The position numbers and the translations under genes are program-made. Shown here in pieces: positions 61,864 through 64,000 of a DNA stretch of 64,000 nucleotides. Below the pieces are notes generated by a model that saw nothing but the letters and a program-made list of their open reading frames with translations, was not told the DNA's origin and did not search any database. The DNA comes from Heptranchias perlo (lineage: Eukaryota): contig NC_090359.1 of assembly GCF_035084215.1 (NCBI RefSeq), forward strand, positions 16,492,001 through 16,556,000, given 5' to 3'. Position 1 is the stretch's first letter; each line of letters opens with the position of its first letter.

Positions 61864-63912
61864 ATGGCTTCCCAAGTGTGTCAGAACTATCACAAGGAGT
61901 GTGAGGATGGTGTCAACAAGCAGATCAATATGGAGCTCTATTCCTCCTATGTTTATCTTTCTATGGTGAGTTTTGTTTCTTTGACCCCTTCACATTGGAG
62001 ATTCTAATGTGACATTACAAAATTCTGTTTTCTCCAACTCATCTATTGCCTTTTCTCTAATCTGCACCCCTCCCCCCAATTGATGGATGGTGAGTGTCTT
62101 TTTAAAGCTGTAATATAATGTGATTTATTGTACAGTCATTATCAAAATGTCTCCCTCTTCCTTGCAGTAGTTGCACCACATTCTATATCTTAAATCTCAA
62201 TTGTTCACTTTCCTGGTGTCTGAGCTTTCTATTGAAGTTGTGTTTTGCAGTACACTCTGCATTCAATGCCTGGGATTCATATTTCTTACCCTCTATTCTA
62301 CATCTCTCCACAGTCTTTCCCCACATTCTCCTTGCAATGGGGGGGGGGGGGTCATAATCTTAAATTAGAGCTAGTCCATTTAGGAGGTAAGTGAGGAAGC
62401 ACTTTTCCCCTCAAAGGTACTGGAAATCTAGAACTCTCTCCCTTGAAAGTCTGTGGATGTTGGGGATTAATTGGTGCTTTCAAGACTGAAATCTTTTGTT
62501 GGGTCAGGGTATTGAAGGATGAGTTGATGTACAGATCCATGTTCTAATTAAATCATTGAGTTGGCTCAAATGGCTGTATGTCCCACTTCTGTTTCCATGC
62601 TCTGAACCTTCACTTTTTAAGTACCAGCTTGTCCCTGTCTGTCTTCTCTCTCTGCCTTTGCTCTATTGGTGGTAGGGCCTTCAGCCATTTTGGTCCTCCT
62701 CAGTGTAACTGTTAATCCCTTTGCCTTCCTACCTCTGTCTGTCTCTCAAAGCATTCAAATGCTAACAGTTTCTAGTCATGCAACTCTTACTGCTTGGTAT
62801 CTGTTTCTCCTCTGAAATGCCTTGATGTTTAGTGTTGAAGGTGCTAAGTTAATGCTGTTTGTGGTAGTTGTAGAAAGGGGTTTGTTTCAAATTTCAGTCA
62901 TGAAAAGGATGTAAGCTTTTATGTTCCTTCACTAATTTCTAGACATATAATTCAGTCTTGGGTGTGAAGATTAAAGTGAAATATTGTGTTGAGCATGTTC
63001 AAAGCTGAATTGGTAATTTTCCATTGGCCAGCTTCCCTATTGCTAGGAGTGAGATTATCTCACTACCAGGTTAGTGAAGCAAGTCAGCCTGTGCTAGTTT
63101 TCAGAACCATCTGCCTACAAGCTCAGTGAGACTTGAACCCTTGACAGAAAGCAAAATATTGAGGTTGGCTTTATGTACAATACCCATGATGATAATTCTG
63201 ATACCCAACTACTTTTGATCTCACCAGTCCTATTACTTTGACCGGGATGATGTTGCCCTGCTTCACTTTGCTGAGTTCTTCAAGGAGCAGTCGCATGAGG
63301 AATGGGAGCACGCTGAGAAACTGCTGAAATTCCAGAATCAGCGTGGGGGCCGAGTCATCTTGGAGGATATCAAGGTTAGATTTAATGGAGTGGCCTTCTG
63401 AATGGCTCCCCTTAAATGGACAATTTTAAATATTTCTAAAGCAATTTGTTCTCATGCACATAATTACATAGAATGTCCAGCACAGAAACAGGACATTTAG
63501 CCCAACTGGTCTATGCTGGTGTTTATGCTCCACATGAGCTGCCTCCCACCTTCATCTTGCCCTATCATCACATCCATCTATTACTGTCTCCCTCAGTACT
63601 TCTCCTTAAAGACATTTATACTATTTGACTCGTGGTTGTGGTGGTGTAATTCTATATTCTTGGGACAATTGGTTCATGGCAACATGGACATCTGATTGCT
63701 TTTCACCCCTATTTTCCTTCAGTACTTTCTTGTGTATTTTGTTTAATCCATTAAGTGAACTGGCTGAGACCTGATTCCCTTTTCAGAAGCCAGAGCAGGA
63801 TGAGTGGAGCAATGGTCTGGAGGTGATGCAGAGAGCTCTGCAGATGGAGAAGAATGTAAACCAGAGTCTGCTGGATCTGCACAAACTCTCCACTGAGAGG
63901 ACAGACCCTCAT
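61864..63912 (+). CDS. fth1: Ferritin copy A' (exons 1-3; exon 4 beyond window)
   Basis: Exons 61864-61965, 63228-63374 and 63787-63912, open frame. No CR1 in intron 1. R>L, R>W and A>V changes relative to A. Confidence 0.92.
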
Positions 63913-64000
63913 GTAAGTTTTAAATGTGGGCCTTTGGGTAAGTTCGAGGTGGTGGAAATTTACTGTCCTTGAGCCGATTCAAAAGATCTTCATACCCAAT

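Larger units (their letters stand above)
41236..64000. repeat. Right arm of large inverted duplication (runs off window)
   Basis: Reverse complement of 14487-40800. Very high identity by eye outside the Tx1 copies, with scattered SNPs, small indels and two arm-specific TE insertions. Confidence 0.95.

Overview
Vertebrate genomic DNA, most likely from a shark or other chondrichthyan. This is an inference from the GPR139-like family member and the SacSINE1/Deu-type SINE, CR1 and Tx1 content. From left to right the window holds an intact 2-exon GPR139-like GPCR (-) and a 9-exon ZP3/ZPC egg-coat gene (-) whose TATA box has been replaced by Tx1 LINE fragments. It then holds a very large inverted duplication (palindrome) centred near 41.0-41.1 kb that runs off the right edge (64000 mirrors about 14487). 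Each arm carries three 4-exon ferritin H/M-type genes: A and B intact, C a pseudogene, mirrored as C', B', A'. The inner ends of the arms are two head-to-head, near full-length Tx1 retrotransposons. The short spacer between them contains an orphan ZP3 promoter plus the first 8 codons of ZP3. Main observations: (1) junction evidence that the palindrome arose by Tx1-mediated duplication-inversion that split ZP3 from its promoter; (2) Tx1 insertions cluster at TATA boxes and 5' ends of ZP3 and ferritin genes; (3) the ferritins lack a functional iron-responsive element, and one keeps a broken relic; (4) ferritin paralogs are homogenised in exons only; (5) a Penelope-type minimal hammerhead ribozyme lies just upstream of the GPCR. 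All exon coordinates were read by eye from splice sites and frame continuity. No alignments or database searches were run.
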